DNA of 45,654 nt, counting the filler, from Catajapyx aquilonaris (Eukaryota), in the NCBI GenBank assembly GCA_000934665.2. It is 2 parts of 2 records of this genome, joined end to end, with 100 filler letters (N's around TTAATTAATTAA, not from the genome) between each part and the next. Parts side by side here need not be neighbours in the genome. Positions count along the whole stretch, not along the records: positions 22,922 to 45,654 come from JYFJ02005826.1; 1 more part is not named here. One strand, 5' to 3'. The notes beneath the pieces were generated by a model. The model saw only the letters and a list, made by a program, of their open reading frames with translations, was not told the DNA's origin and searched no databases. The position numbers and the translations under genes are program-made. Below are positions 32,401 through 45,654 of the stretch, piece after piece. The stretch's first letter is position 1; every line of letters starts with the position of its first letter.

Positions 32401-35400
32401 TGAATTGACTCCACTTTCATCATACAGAGCCCCCTAGGCATCCGAGTCTCCGGATTTTCACAAACCCGTTTGTTACGCACGGTTCCTGTATAAAACGGCT
32501 ACAAAAGAAACGTCAAAAAAAGCATACAGGCTATACGTGCTCTCAAAAAAAAAACACGTAACGAAGGCCTCTCGACTGCAACTTCCAACATCATCACACC
32601 TGATTGAGCATTACAGCCTCTTCCTCTGCCCCCTTTTTGTTGCCAATCCTCAATTGAAATTGNCCCCCGCCCCCTTCCTATTCCACCAGGAGACTCTCTA
32701 TTCACAAAAGTTAACTCCAACAGTCTGGTAGTTAAAAATCAGCTTCCTTCACATACATGCAGAATGATTAAATTGTCAACCCGTCTGCTCCGCCCCCTTT
32801 CTTCATCATCCGGATTGAAACGGTATTTCTTTTGTCGACAGGCTTTCCGCCAGGATGAGCATGAATGATAGGACATCCCCTATTTTAACAGAATAGATGG
32901 GAAAAAAATCTATGACTATAGCTCAATGCATATCGAGATATCGCTTGTAATTGCACGCTCCAATAAGTGTTCTACAAAAAAAAAAAAATGCAGCATGACT
33001 TATAAATGACTTGTCCTCGAAAAAAAGGGTAGTCAAAGGGACAAATCGGTTGACAAAGTGACAGCTCCAATTTTCAGTCCTGACACGATAATCACGTGTT
33101 TTATACCCCGTTCTGTGCAACGGAAATTGAAAACGTCACGTGTCCTCACTTTTTAGCTACAAATTATTATGCGCGTTTTTTTTTGTCGCAACGAGTCTCA
33201 CACGATTTGCAATGTAAAAAAACGCAAATTTTTCTCCCGCACGCCATATATTTTTTTTCGAAGTCATTTTCTTCAATTATAGCACCCTCTACTAATTACC
33301 CTCGCGAGAGGGTTCAAGTCGTTCAAAAAAAAAACCTGGACTTGAATTGTGAAAAATACTCGTCCGATGATTACTGCATTACTTGACCCTTCCTCTTCTC
33401 TCTTTTTTTGCCCTACTCCAACTTCCTCTTCAAAACTCCAGCTAAAGAGGCTTCGATTTTCCGATAATAATTACTGCTAATTTCAACGAATCGGAAATTT
33501 TCCCTCCTTTGTGTGTCGTTTGCTCGTATTTAGGGAAAAAAAAGAAGGTTCGATCTATATATAGCAGCAAATCACTCGGGCTTAGTCGACAAAATACAGC
33601 AAAAAAAACCCGGTTTCAATTACAGCAGCGAGTTACTTACTTCTAATTGGTTTCTCAGCCAGAGATTTCAATAGACTTCAAATCATGCTCTCAAGGGAAA
33701 TACTCTCGATTGGTTTCCACTTGTTGATTTAAATCCGTTTTCAATCCCAATAATTGATAAGTGCACCGTCCATGTCATTTTTGTCGCAATGTAATCACTT
33801 ACACTATCCTAATATGCACTGCAGCAAGTCGATACCTGTAACACACTTAAATAATAGGCATCCCACTTTCGCAGCATCAGCAACATTTTCAACCCACTTG
33901 CAAAATTGATCTACCTAGAGCACTTCTGGTTTCAACAGCCCCTCGCTTTAAGGAAAAGTTCCCTCGAAAATAGCCCGAAAAAAGTGGGCCCAACGGCCTA
34001 CTCTATATATTTGCTCTTGGAAGGAAACTAGGCAAGTGTGATTAAGCTTCAGGCATTAACTATGTAGGAGTGATGTTAAGACACACACGCTTGAGGGGGA
34101 GAAAAAAAAAACTTCTTTTTCAGTGGGGTGGGATCAGCTGCACTCCATTTTTTAGCAGCTCCCGAGTTGTACCAAAATCCTCCTAAGATCAAAGAGCAAA
34201 CAGAAGTTGCGGGGAAAGCAAGTCGAGGTATATGCCCCCCCTTAAAAACTCTGGTCGGAGAAAATAAAAAGACAAAAGTCGACCCAAAAGTTTCCGTTCA
34301 ATCGGATAGCTACTGGGTATGCTATTGCTCTTTGCTTCTACTCTCTCGTGGGGACCCACTCCCCCAATTCCTCCGAAGAAAAAAAATGGTACAAAGTTTA
34401 CTTACAAGACTTTCCACTACCTACTGAGAAGAAAACGACAGCTTGCACCCCAGATATTGCAATCCTCCTGAGAAATACATTCACACAACCATGTATATAG
34501 CACGGATACGAAAAAAAAGAATTGACCGCATTTAGTCCTCCCCAAAATATTTCCGCATTCTACGTACAACTCTTTCCAAAGCAGCCTCTCCTTAAGAAAG
34601 TAAAAAAAAAAGTAGCTTATAAAATCGACAGTGGAAAGTCTTTTCCCGTCACTTCCTCCGCCTGTTCTCAAGTTTCGAACTGCATTTCAAGTTGGTCGCA
34701 GGGACTGCTTTCCCACTTGGCTGGTGGGGTCCAAATGAAAAGCCGCAGCCTTGGAACTTGTGTAAATCCCATCAAGCCTTTTGCAGACGGACGTGCCTAG
34801 CAACCTTCCTACATCCCCGCTGGAATATTAATTATTTGAGGGGGGAAACCCCCGAGTTTTGATTTAAATGGAGCACTCGACACGAAGATCAATTATTTTC
34901 ATACCCCGCCTATATATTCCTAGTTTTTCATATTTCTTTTTTTTTGTAGTAGTTTGTTAAAAGTAAGCATGATTTCCCACTCGTATTGCCCACACCCGGT
35001 TGGAATGTAAAAAAATTAACCCGCTGCGCGCACTGCAGTAATACCCCCACACACTTATCGATTCGTCAACCGGCAGCAAAGTTAAGTTGATTAAGTTCTC
35101 AAATGGTATTAGCAAAGAGCACAGCCTACCGCTTGCAACCTGCGCAAAATTCGTCCCCCGATTATTAACAATCGGTTTCAAGACCAGAACTTATCCCTCT
35201 CGACAAAAACTGGCTGGATTTCCGCAGTTACATTTTGAAACAGTCAGAATAAACTGTCAGCTACATAATTTCTCATAAGAAATGAGATTGTGCAGACGTC
35301 CAACATGGCTGCCCCCAGCAGGGTAACGCGCGGTCGCCATCTTTGTACTCGTAACGATATTTGGTGAAATTTTGTGCTAAAATTTGCGATCGTGCAACCA

Positions 35401-37424
35401 GCTCCTTTTCTACCTACCAGAGCAACGCCCGGTACATTAAGTCTATTGTGTTGGCTTCTACAAAAAAAGAAGAAGGAGGTGGTGCGCCCCCGAGAAGGAT
35501 TTATAGCTCCCTGATTCGAAGCTTCCGTTCGGTTCTCGCCAATTTCCTAGCTATCTGGCTCCTCCCGAAAAACCGGGCATATATCCCTGGTCACAAGACT
35601 AATGCCTCCTCCAAGATTACCTCTAGCGATAATATAACGCTCGTTTTTAATGTCAATTTGTCTTCTCCCCAAGCTTGGACTTACAAGCTCGTTACCTTGT
35701 AGAATAAAAAAAAAGGTATTTCCAACCCCAGGGTGTGCCCGCAAACACACTGATCATACCCCAATCTTTTACAACCAGTTTTTATCGTGTGTGTGTCCCC
35801 CTCCACGCTATATACGAAAGAACAAATCGAATCGGTCGTGACAGTGACAAATCCACTGGAAGCCAAGTTCAATTACCAATTGTCATCGGGGGCTTTTCTA
35901 CATCTAATTTTTATTTCATGCCAGGTCCATCGCTGGTAATTTGAGGGGGACAGATGTGGGTTCATAATCTGTTTAGATGGGATGCACAGTAGGCAGGGGG
36001 CTGGATTTGAACTTCGGGGTCACTTTCACAGGGGGTCATAACCTGGCGTCCAGAAAGTGAGAGAAGACACCAAGGATATTTGCATAAACTAGGCCGTTGA
36101 GTCAAGGAAAGTGATGCGTTTCATTTGCATGAGGTGCGTTTGGGCAGACGGGTGCTCGTAAACAGTCAGGTCTTAAGTGATTGTTGTTGCTTGGGGAACG
36201 TCCGTCATCATGTAGCGCCAACAGGACAACCACAGTACTGCGAAGGCAACGTTGTCAGCACAAAACCCTTCCCATATTATCAGCACATGATTGGAATTCC
36301 AAGCATATCCAATTTTTATTCTCGTTGGCATCCCACCCACGGGCGTTGCCAACAATCGGGCCAAAAATTCGAAACAATACCTCCCACCGAACCAACCTCA
36401 ATAAGAGATACGAGGCGATATCCGCCATCCGTTTACGAGACATGGGGACCGGATTTGTAGCCAGTTTTTCGCCGAAACAACCCGCCTTTTGCTCCTGAAA
36501 AGAGATATGGATAACAGCCAGGAACCGAACTGTGGGCGGCAAAAACCATCTGCCCCTACCCCCGAATTAAGAAAAATTATTGCTTCCCCCCTGTGAAAAA
36601 AATATATATAAAAGCAAGTCTAACGACCCGAAAAAAAATCATCGGCCACTAACGGTTTTGCGAGCAGAAATTACCACATGTTGTAATTTATCGAGCATCG
36701 TAATTCAGCCCGGGTGTCCTACTTTTTTTTGCAAAAAAAATATATATCATATTTTTCAGCTTGGTTGTTTGTTTTATTCCTAAATATCTCTACTATCAAA
36801 CTGTCGCACACGCATATATTTCTTGGGATGGATTACCCGCAGCCATGACAGTGCTTGGTTTTTACGCACATGTGAAGTTGTCTCGTGAGTACGAGTCGTA
36901 AACGGAGCTATAGCACGAGCACACTTTTTTTTTGGTACTGCATGGTAACAACTTCCGGCCCCAATTTATGCCGCGGGTTTCCATTTTGCGTGGAAAAACC
37001 TCGCGATTAAAATTAACCGCATTTCCTGCGACCCCAGGACGGCATAGAAAAGTTCATAGGGAATGAGTCGACGGGGCTTGGGTCTCATTTAGAAAATTAG
37101 GCGATGGCAAAAAAAAAAATTAATATGTACCCCTGCTAGTTTGTCGGTACGGATTATTGCAACGAGTCTCACGCGTGAAGCTACAAAAAAAAATTTGCAG
37201 AAAAAAGTCGCTTGTTTATTACTATTTTTTTTTGCCTATACTGGTCATAAAAAGTCATAAAATGCGATTTCCTACCCCATGCGATGCACGCCGTCAAAAA
37301 ATTACGGTCTTCAAATTCAAATCGTGATGACTAATTATCGCGTAATTTCAAAACTGAAAATTGCATAACGTCCTTATTTATTATTAGCCGATACACCCCC
37401 TAATTGCCTCATTGTTTCTGGAAT

Positions 37425-37800
37425 AATAATAAATTTAAAAATGAAAAATTAACCACTTAAAATAAATTATAATAAATTATAATTAATCAATGTACATCAA
37501 TAAGAATAAATAAATAAAATATACCGAATGAAACAAATAGCAACAACAAATAAAGTTACTGTATTAATAAAGCAATAAATAAACAAATAAGAATTAAACA
37601 AAATAAATTAATATAACTTAAATACATAAATACGCAAACAGATAAGCATACAGTACATAAAGCTATAAATAAGCATAAAGCAATTAAACAAAATAGATGG
37701 ATATAAATACCTACACAAACAGATTAATAACAATAAAAATTATTATGCATGAATTTTATTATTGTGTAGTTAACTACACAATAATAAAATAAGTAATAAT
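37425..37800. repeat. Very A-rich low-complexity tract ending in a 38-bp perfect palindrome
   Basis: AATAAA/AAAT-rich run, with a palindrome at 37753-37790. Confidence 0.7.
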
Positions 37801-40800
37801 CAGAAACGTTCCTGTGCAAATTTATCCCAACCTCAGCCAACTCCCAATATGTCAACCTCAGTGACCTTTCCCTGTAATGCAACATCGCCAAAGGTCACAC
37901 ATGTCCACTCCCTGCCCAGAAACAAAAGGGGCTAATTAGACAAGGCTTTCCAACCTTGATATTAAATTAAACGCGAAGTTTCCATACCTCTCCTTTTCCC
38001 TTCGGTTTCATCCGGATCTTGAGACCCTCTTCGAAGCCCCCTCACACAGCTTCATTCTGATGCCAATCGGGCTCATCATGTGTCCCACCGGAATTCCAAG
38101 AACGAACGAAACTTTTTTGAGCAGACCAGGGTTAGGGAAAAAAAGGATCCACAAAAAAAAATCACACACGAGGTCTTCCCCCCAATTTTCTCTCTGAGAA
38201 ATTGGCGTCCCAGAAGGCGTATTTTCCGTCCAGGATGAAACAGAGAAATATATGTATGTAAGGGGACGTAGCCCACCTTTAAGTTGTCCGAGATACCTCT
38301 TTTTTTTCATGGGAAGGACCACCCCACCAAAAGCTTTTACGACATTCGGTGTTTCAAATTTTCATGAGGCGCCTACATTACTAGCACAAATTTGATCTTC
38401 TCCCCGACTGGGGGGAAGAAGTGTAATTTCACCTGTCACACGCAGAATGAATTAAAGATGCGCAGTTTCAAGGGGTGGAGGGGTAGGAGGAGGTTCCGGA
38501 GGGCCTACTTTAGGAGTGAAGAAGAAAAGAGCTGAAGAATTTCCGAGCAGGAATTCTACTGCTCCAAGGGAAGGGTCCTGTCGTCTGCTTTTGTATAATG
38601 ACGGAGGGACGAGCATCCCCTGGCATTATTAATGTATCGCGACGCATTATTGAAATCCTATCGATTGTTGTGCCAGGTCAAGCGCATGCTCCTTACATGC
38701 ATTTTTTTTTAAATATCTAACTGTACAGCAATCTTCTTCAATATTTGCATTGTTGCAATTGGGCTCCATGACCTTTTCCCCCTGGTAAAACTACCGCAAT
38801 CCCCAACACATAAACCTGTCAGCACCAAGCACCCTATTCTACCCCCAGCCAACAGTCAATTTGTGAGCGTTTTCTAACAGTCCATGGATGATTAAATAAT
38901 GTCCCCCCCAAAAAAAGGTAGAACCCCAGACTTTTTCTTCAGAAATGTGGAGGTGGTTCCTTTTTTTCACCCCCCACCCCCCACCCGAAAAAAAGCGGCT
39001 AACAATCATCGGCCGATGCCTGGGGGCCCCCACAAACCTTTTGTCCAAATCGATTGAGGTCGCCAACAGCGCATTCGGATGCAGGCCCTTCCCTGCTGCA
39101 TTTTTTCCACCTAACACTTCCCTGCATTTGACACGAGTAAATGGAACCGTGAAAAGCAATGCTGCCGCCAGATATGTTCGGATTTTTTTCCACCCCCTGT
39201 GTATGCCGTCTATCTGCTGAACTACTTAACACCACCTTACCAAAAATAATTTTTAAAAAAATATTTTAAAAAATAGAGGACACCCACGTGACCTGTGCTC
39301 AAAAAAATTTAAAATGTACCCAAACCATTTTCTAGTCCAAAAAAAAAGTCTGAGCCACTTGAAGAAATAACTCAAGCTCTTCCGCTATGAATACCAGTCT
39401 CCTTAGCTTTGTGATCGGACTAAGGGATGAATAGTGAGATTTAGTGGGAGGGAAAAGGAAGCCAGATTGATAAAAGAGGACTTTTGGAGAGAGATGGAGA
39501 GGAGGGGGGGGGGGAAGGGGAAAAACCTTCCCCAGCTCTCCCAAAATGAATGCAGGATGAGGTAAAAAGACCCAAGGAAAAGAATAACTGGAAAACGTTG
39601 AATTTATTTTAATTTTCGAGTCTGAATAAGCTGTCAAAAGCAGGCAACTGGCGCTTTTCACGCAGCGAGAATCACTGCTGCTGACAAAATATTTAATATA
39701 CGATAACGCGCCGGGAAAAAAAAAGTTCGATTTTGAGCAAACATACAGTCGAAAGTGCTGCTTACAAAACGGCCAAAAATTAAAATTCGACTTTCAGCAA
39801 AATATTTTTTTTAAAAATACGACTGGTTGCAATTCCGACTTTTTTAGAAAAAATAATTCGGTCTGCATACAGTGCTTACAAAATTTTTTAAAAAATAGCA
39901 AAATTATGCGATTTGCATAAGGCTCCCTTGAATGCCAGCCAAATTCTCATGGGTTATCCAAAATGCATTCGACATCGGCTGGAATTGGTGGGGCCGTTAT
40001 AGCTGTTATATCAGTTTGACTACATTCAATAAGTCACCCCCCTCCTCCCCTGGCATTGTCGGCAGGTCAATATTCCCAGCAAGCTGACCTTTTTCTTGTC
40101 CGCGACTACCAGGCGCCTCCCATAAAAAAAGTGTCACGCTTGGCAGAATATGCCAGTGCATATAAGATCACAAGTTAATTCAAATCCCTTATTTTTCTGC
40201 ATTTTATTCGTCGGAAATAAAAATCGGATCATCTTATATACTGTAGGACGGGGGCTGAGCAAGAGTGTCGTACAACCACTAAATTCAATTACGACTCGTG
40301 CATGTCACTTTTTCCTGGCGCTTTTACTCCTGAGATTGCGTTGTTCGGTTCCAATGAACTTTCCTATCGACCTGGGGTCGAATGACATTTAAACGGCATT
40401 TGAAACTCTGCCAGGGGGGGGGGGGGTTTCAGGTGGGCACTTTCCCATACATTCGCCCCCCCTCCTCAAATCAAAAGAGAGGAAAAGTCCTAGAAAACCT
40501 CGTTATAACATAGGACTGATAAGGCTTCTGCAACAACAAGCAAAAAGTGCCAACTTTTTTTCCTTAACTTGCCGACTAGTTAAGCGGTAGTCATCTCTAA
40601 CTAGTCATCCGGAACGAAATGTCCTATATTCTAACAACATCTTCAGCAATTTGCAGGATGCTGGGGGGTGCAACAAAAAAATGGACTTCACAACTCGATC
40701 TGACTCGTCCCCCAAAAAACTTGCAAATTATTGCCGCTGTAAAAAGGGGGCCAAGCCTTCTTCTCCTTACCCCAAACTTCTTGGGCAGTCAAGAGGATGA

Positions 40801-43800
40801 ATATGCGCAAGTCACAACTTTTAATTAAGAAAGAAACTTCTTTTTTTGTGCGCGCGCGAGTTAGATGGACTGAGGCGGTCATAAACACTCCAGAGCCATA
40901 TTTCAGCAGGGTCAGCTTCAAGTAAGTGCATCTCAGGCTTGAATGCATCTAGCGCAACTTTACAACGCTCTGAGAAAAATCCAGTCAGCCATAGAATCAA
41001 AAGGGGAGGGGGAAAAAAAGGATAGAGTCGACCCCTACGAAAAATGGAATTTTTCTATGAAACTTTGCATCTCCGGCGGTGGTTTCAGCACTGTCCCTCC
41101 CAAAAGAACTAGGTTTGACCTCAATTTCCGACCAATCTTCTTTAACCACTTTTTTTTAAAGAAGCTACAGTTGATGGTCTGTACGACTTTGTGTGCTTTT
41201 TTTTTCCTTTACAAAAAAAATGGCTGCTAGAAAATGACAAAACTTTGAACCATTGCCTTGGAATGGAAAGAAGATATGCGTATCCATGGATACTTCGAAA
41301 GCACTCCCCGGATAAGCCCCATTCGATACTTTGTAACGCGTTCATGATTGCCTGTAATAAATTCGGAGCGAGGTAACAGGGGGCTCTCAAAAAAAAAAAA
41401 AAGTATTTGGAAGTGAATGTCGTGTTCGGCTTCTATGGGATGATGCGGGTTTGCTTCTCCTGCTGGTATATCCGGGTATCCCCCCCCCCCCCTTCTTTTT
41501 CTATAGCCTAGATCAGCCTGTAAGATAAAACCTAGAAAATCCTGTTACAGCCACACGAATAGGCACGCAAGCGGGGTGCCTACAATCTATCGAACAAATT
41601 TATGATCGCACAGCTCGAACGCATAAAAGCCGAGAGAGACTATATGCTCCAAGTTGATTCGAAGAAATTTTTTGGCTCAAAAAAAACTGGATTTAAAAAA
41701 TGATGTCAGCATCTAGATGCCAGTAAAGATGAGGATTAAATAGCTTGCAGCAACGCCACTAGCGAGAATTGGAATTTTTTAGCTGTATTGAGGGTGTGTA
41801 TAGTGGTTGACAACGATACTTAATTTCTTCTCCAGCAATTCACGAGGATATTAGTCAGACCAGCTCTTCCACAAAAATTATTCCTGCGCCATCACGCCCC
41901 TGTGTTGGAAAAAGGGATAAGCCACGAACTACACGTCCAGGAAAAGATGATGATGTTCGTGCCCCTCTACCTCGAAACGCATGACACCTTATATTTCACG
42001 AAGTTATCGACTCCGTGAAGATGTCGACGCGCCAAAGGTGTCGACGCCATGCCTCGTGCCTCTAAGGCGGAGACTACTAACTGTGAAGAGCACAATCAAG
42101 GCAAAAACCCCCTCCCCTACCCCCCTACCCCCCCTCCAAACCAAGTTCGTGACTCCAAAATACCGAACGGCACAATCAAGTGCTTTTGAAGCATCCCGAG
42201 GAGTGGAAGAGGAGGTGGGAGGCTTCTCTCTCAAACAAAAGATGGGGGGCTGCCTATATGAACATTCCCCGACGATAAATCGAGCGACGGTCACAAATTT
42301 CTTATTAGCTCGTTTATTACAGAGGGTTCAAGATATTAAGCCCAAAAATAAATTTTTATTAACTCGAAGATCTAATCTGCGAAATTGTATAAAATTAAGA
42401 GACAAATATTAGCCCAAATTCAAATCAATAATTTTTAGACTGTCATCAGTGTTTACCCCAGCAACCACGAACAGAAGCAATGATCAGGGACTGTTGCTGT
42501 GCACACCTTAACTCTCAACAGCGAAGCCTCAAAACTTTTCCTATTGTTTCCTCCAAAACTTGCGCCATTTTCATCCACCTCTCGCCTACGTATTTTTCTT
42601 TTTAAAAAATAAACAAAAATAATGCCCAAAAGTTGCGTTTTCTCGACACAACAAAATATCGACCGCGATTTCTGTTTTCCGAGCGAGGCAAGCCCGCCTT
42701 GCTTTGCTTGTACCGCAAGTTAGTCATTGTGTCATCCTTCTGTAAAGCTGGTGGAGAGAGAGAGAAGGGGGCTTTATTGGCCCAAGTAGTAAACCGTGTC
42801 AAGTTCAAAGGGAGACTGTCCCAGCCAGATTACTGTCCCGCCAGCAACAATCCGACCGTTTGTTGCAGTTTGTCACCCCCCATTTCTCTGTCCTTCCCAT
42901 TTTTATATATACTATAAATAATTGCATCCGGTGGACTTCACCCGGAATTAAGCCTCCGGTCATTGCACCCTGCAACCAACATTATGAATTATTCCAGTTC
43001 TTGTCCCAGGCTTAATGAAATGGAGGGGGGGGGGTGTTCTTTGCTCAAATAGCACCACACCAGCCCTGGCTTTTTCTCTCTTCCAATTTCAATTCCGCGA
43101 AAAGGCTTCGGTCAATATAATAGTCAAATATGGTGCAGTTCGCCGGTGCCATTGTGAGCCACCCTCAACCAGTATTCTATTGATAAATTGTCAGGTAACT
43201 GGAAAGCCCTGGTTGGTGTTGAAATGAAGCCAGCCACCGGATTTTTCAGAATATACTGGCGAAAATACGTATGCGAAAAACACTGAATTGAAGTAATAGT
43301 AGTAATGTTATCCTCAACGTTCATGGCTCTTTTGTTCCCAGGAAAGTCTAACACACAGGATATCAATAATTGACCCAGTGCCCACCTGTACTATACTGTA
43401 TAACCTACCTCACATTTAAAATTCGGTCCACTGACATCGTGCAGCAATATCGGAAAATTTCCCCCCGACTGCACTACAAAAATAATTGGCACGAGTACGA
43501 GCCCTGCTGGCCACAACCAGCATTTTCCGCAGGGGGGCGCAGGTACTCTAATTGCACTCCTCGTACAAGTGGATTGGAAATCGTGTAGAACTACCACTAA
43601 ATTATAGTATGCACACTCTATAGAATGGACCCTCCTGTTTTTTTGGGGGGGAGGGGGGGTGCTTGAATATATATCCTCTGTGCTTTGATGTCGCAATCAT
43701 AGTGGGGGTGGGACACAAACGCTTTTTCTTTCCACTCCAGTATGTGATTTCCCTTTCGCCTTGATGCTCTTCACTGCAACTTGCATCCTGTTACTGCAAA

Positions 43801-45654
43801 TTGCGCTCTTTTCATTTTCATCCTTATTTTTCGAGCCCCCAGAAAATGATGACCTCTCTCGCGACTCATGCACTCTTTCGCAACCGTCACACACACACGA
43901 CAAAAAAAAAGTCATCTAATCAGTCCCCCAAGGTTCGCTCGCGTGACTAACATTTCCGGCCTATCAGCCTAGAATCCGGGCAATCAAAACCTGGGGCACA
44001 GCAGCAATGGGTTGGTTATTCTAGAAGGGGAGACCCTCTTGAGAGAGAGTGTGTGTGTGCCACCCCCTGCATGCACCTTCACGTGGAGCATTTTTCTACA
44101 CCCTCTCCAGACACGCATTCCATTCTTCAATAACATCCCCGCCTCGCTCCACCATTCATTAGGGGCCGAAGGAAACAAGAGATGCAACTTGCCCGCACCA
44201 TGTCATTCGTCACGACACTTGCATTGGATCATGGCGTGTGTCAAGGATCACGGCAAGTACGCCCACCCAGGGTTAAGCCCACTTTGGACGAAGTAGGAAA
44301 AAAATATTATATCTAAGTATCGAACGCCGATTCAGAAATGCAGTGAATTGCGGACTTGGCCCCCACGTCACTTCCAGGTTATGAATCGGCGCGACTGGAG
44401 GCGTGGACTAGGGGTCGATGTGTGGTGGTGGTGGTGGCCCACAATATGTTTCGTCACTGGCAGAGCACTGAGTGTTCGTAATAGCAGAAAAGGGAGTTAT
44501 CGGTTTTTGCGTGCTACACACACGATGGGTGATAAAAGTATTTGCTCCTCGAGGGGGGTATCTGTTAAATGCGACAAGTGTGTCGATTGCGTATCGTGAG
44601 TACTTGAACAACTGAGATATTACTGTGCCAATATTGCCTGGAAGTGACTGAATTGGTTGGCGAGTGCCAGGTGGCAGTTCGCCAGTTAATTATGTCGTTT
44701 AATACCCGGTTTTATACCAATTATGGGGCATCAAACAGCAGTGGGTCGTAGGATTGCCATTTTATTCATGCCCATTCTTCTTCACGTGATAAGCCTGCTA
44801 ATATCAGCATATTTAATTTTTAAGACTAAAGGCAGAAGGTATAAACGGCAGGTTCAAGTCGGTCCTAATATTACGCGTACTGTACTTATACATAATCCCT
44901 ATTAGTTCTTCCTCAGGAGACTGCATACCTGTACATACAGAAACTTACACCATGACGACAACCGAGTTCACACCAAAAAAACACTTAATTGTCTTCGCAC
45001 AAGCCGCACAGTTCTGTACTCACGCTTTGAAATCCGTCCCAGGTACAGTAATACACACGGTCCCCCGGTGTGGTACTTACCTGCAAAAGAGACAAAACGT
45101 GATTAAAGTACAACATTCCAGGAGTATATCAGCGTACTTAATCTCCGGAGTGGCATTTACAGTCACGCCATTATTCATGGCGCCAAAGCACTTTGCCAAC
45201 CCAACGTCCTAATGAGGAAGCTAGTCTCTCTCTCTATTGAAATGTAAGTAGCAATGCGCACTAGGGAGAGAGGCTTGGGAAAGTATAAGTAAGGCAAAGG
45301 AGGTAAAAATCCTCTTCCATCCTCATTTTTTTCTGGGAGAATCATAATTATTCCAAGTACATCATGCATATCTAAAATTTACCTCCCAGCACTGTTTTTG
45401 TACTGTGATGCAGTCGGGGAGCGCAGAGAGAGAGAGAGAAAAAAAAAGTAGTTAATCCTAACAACATATGCAGGGCTCCGTGTTTTGCCTGCAGATGTTT
45501 TGTGCCAAATAGCTGCTGCCAGCGGAATTCCACCCCCTCAGTCTCCCTGTAGGCAAAGTTTGAAATTCATACACTGACAGTGAACTCACTCTCTTTGATG
45601 TACAATGCATCAAAAGTTCAATGTAGAGCTCTTTCCTCTTTACAGTTAAAAAAA

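Noticed and set aside
35001..35020. TGGAATGTAAA resembling miR-1
   Set aside because: The match stops after 11 nt and I see no complementary hairpin arm.
36125..36542. Cluster of overlapping ORFs, possibly a decayed retroelement or exon
   Set aside because: No motif I can identify in any frame.

Overview
Eukaryotic (invertebrate, probably arthropod) genomic DNA in two halves. They are joined at 22822-22921 by an artificial N-TTAATTAATTAA-N linker, so adjacency across it is unproven. The left half holds a compact + strand multi-exon SNAPC4/SNAP190-like Myb-repeat gene (1400-4375). Unusually, it appears to splice onto C2H2 zinc fingers, and it carries an in-frame TAG in exon 3 and a decayed third finger. 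The left half also holds the 3' ten exons of a - strand receptor-type guanylate cyclase (21536->10056), with one GC-AG intron and a C-terminal PDZ-type motif ETTV. The intergenic DNA and large introns are packed with nested MITEs/foldback elements, three tRNA-derived SINEs and a probable Helentron-type element. The right half begins with the 5' part of a Ty3/Gypsy LTR retrotransposon on the - strand (LTR, tRNA-Lys PBS, gag, GGGAAAC -1 frameshift site, protease, RT, cut by the gap), followed by about 19.5 kb with no recognisable coding sequence. I found no convincing wholly new biological system. The best leads are the SNAPC4-zinc-finger architecture and its lesions, the optional PDZ tail of the cyclase, and the SINE families. 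All family assignments are from recalled motifs, not database searches.
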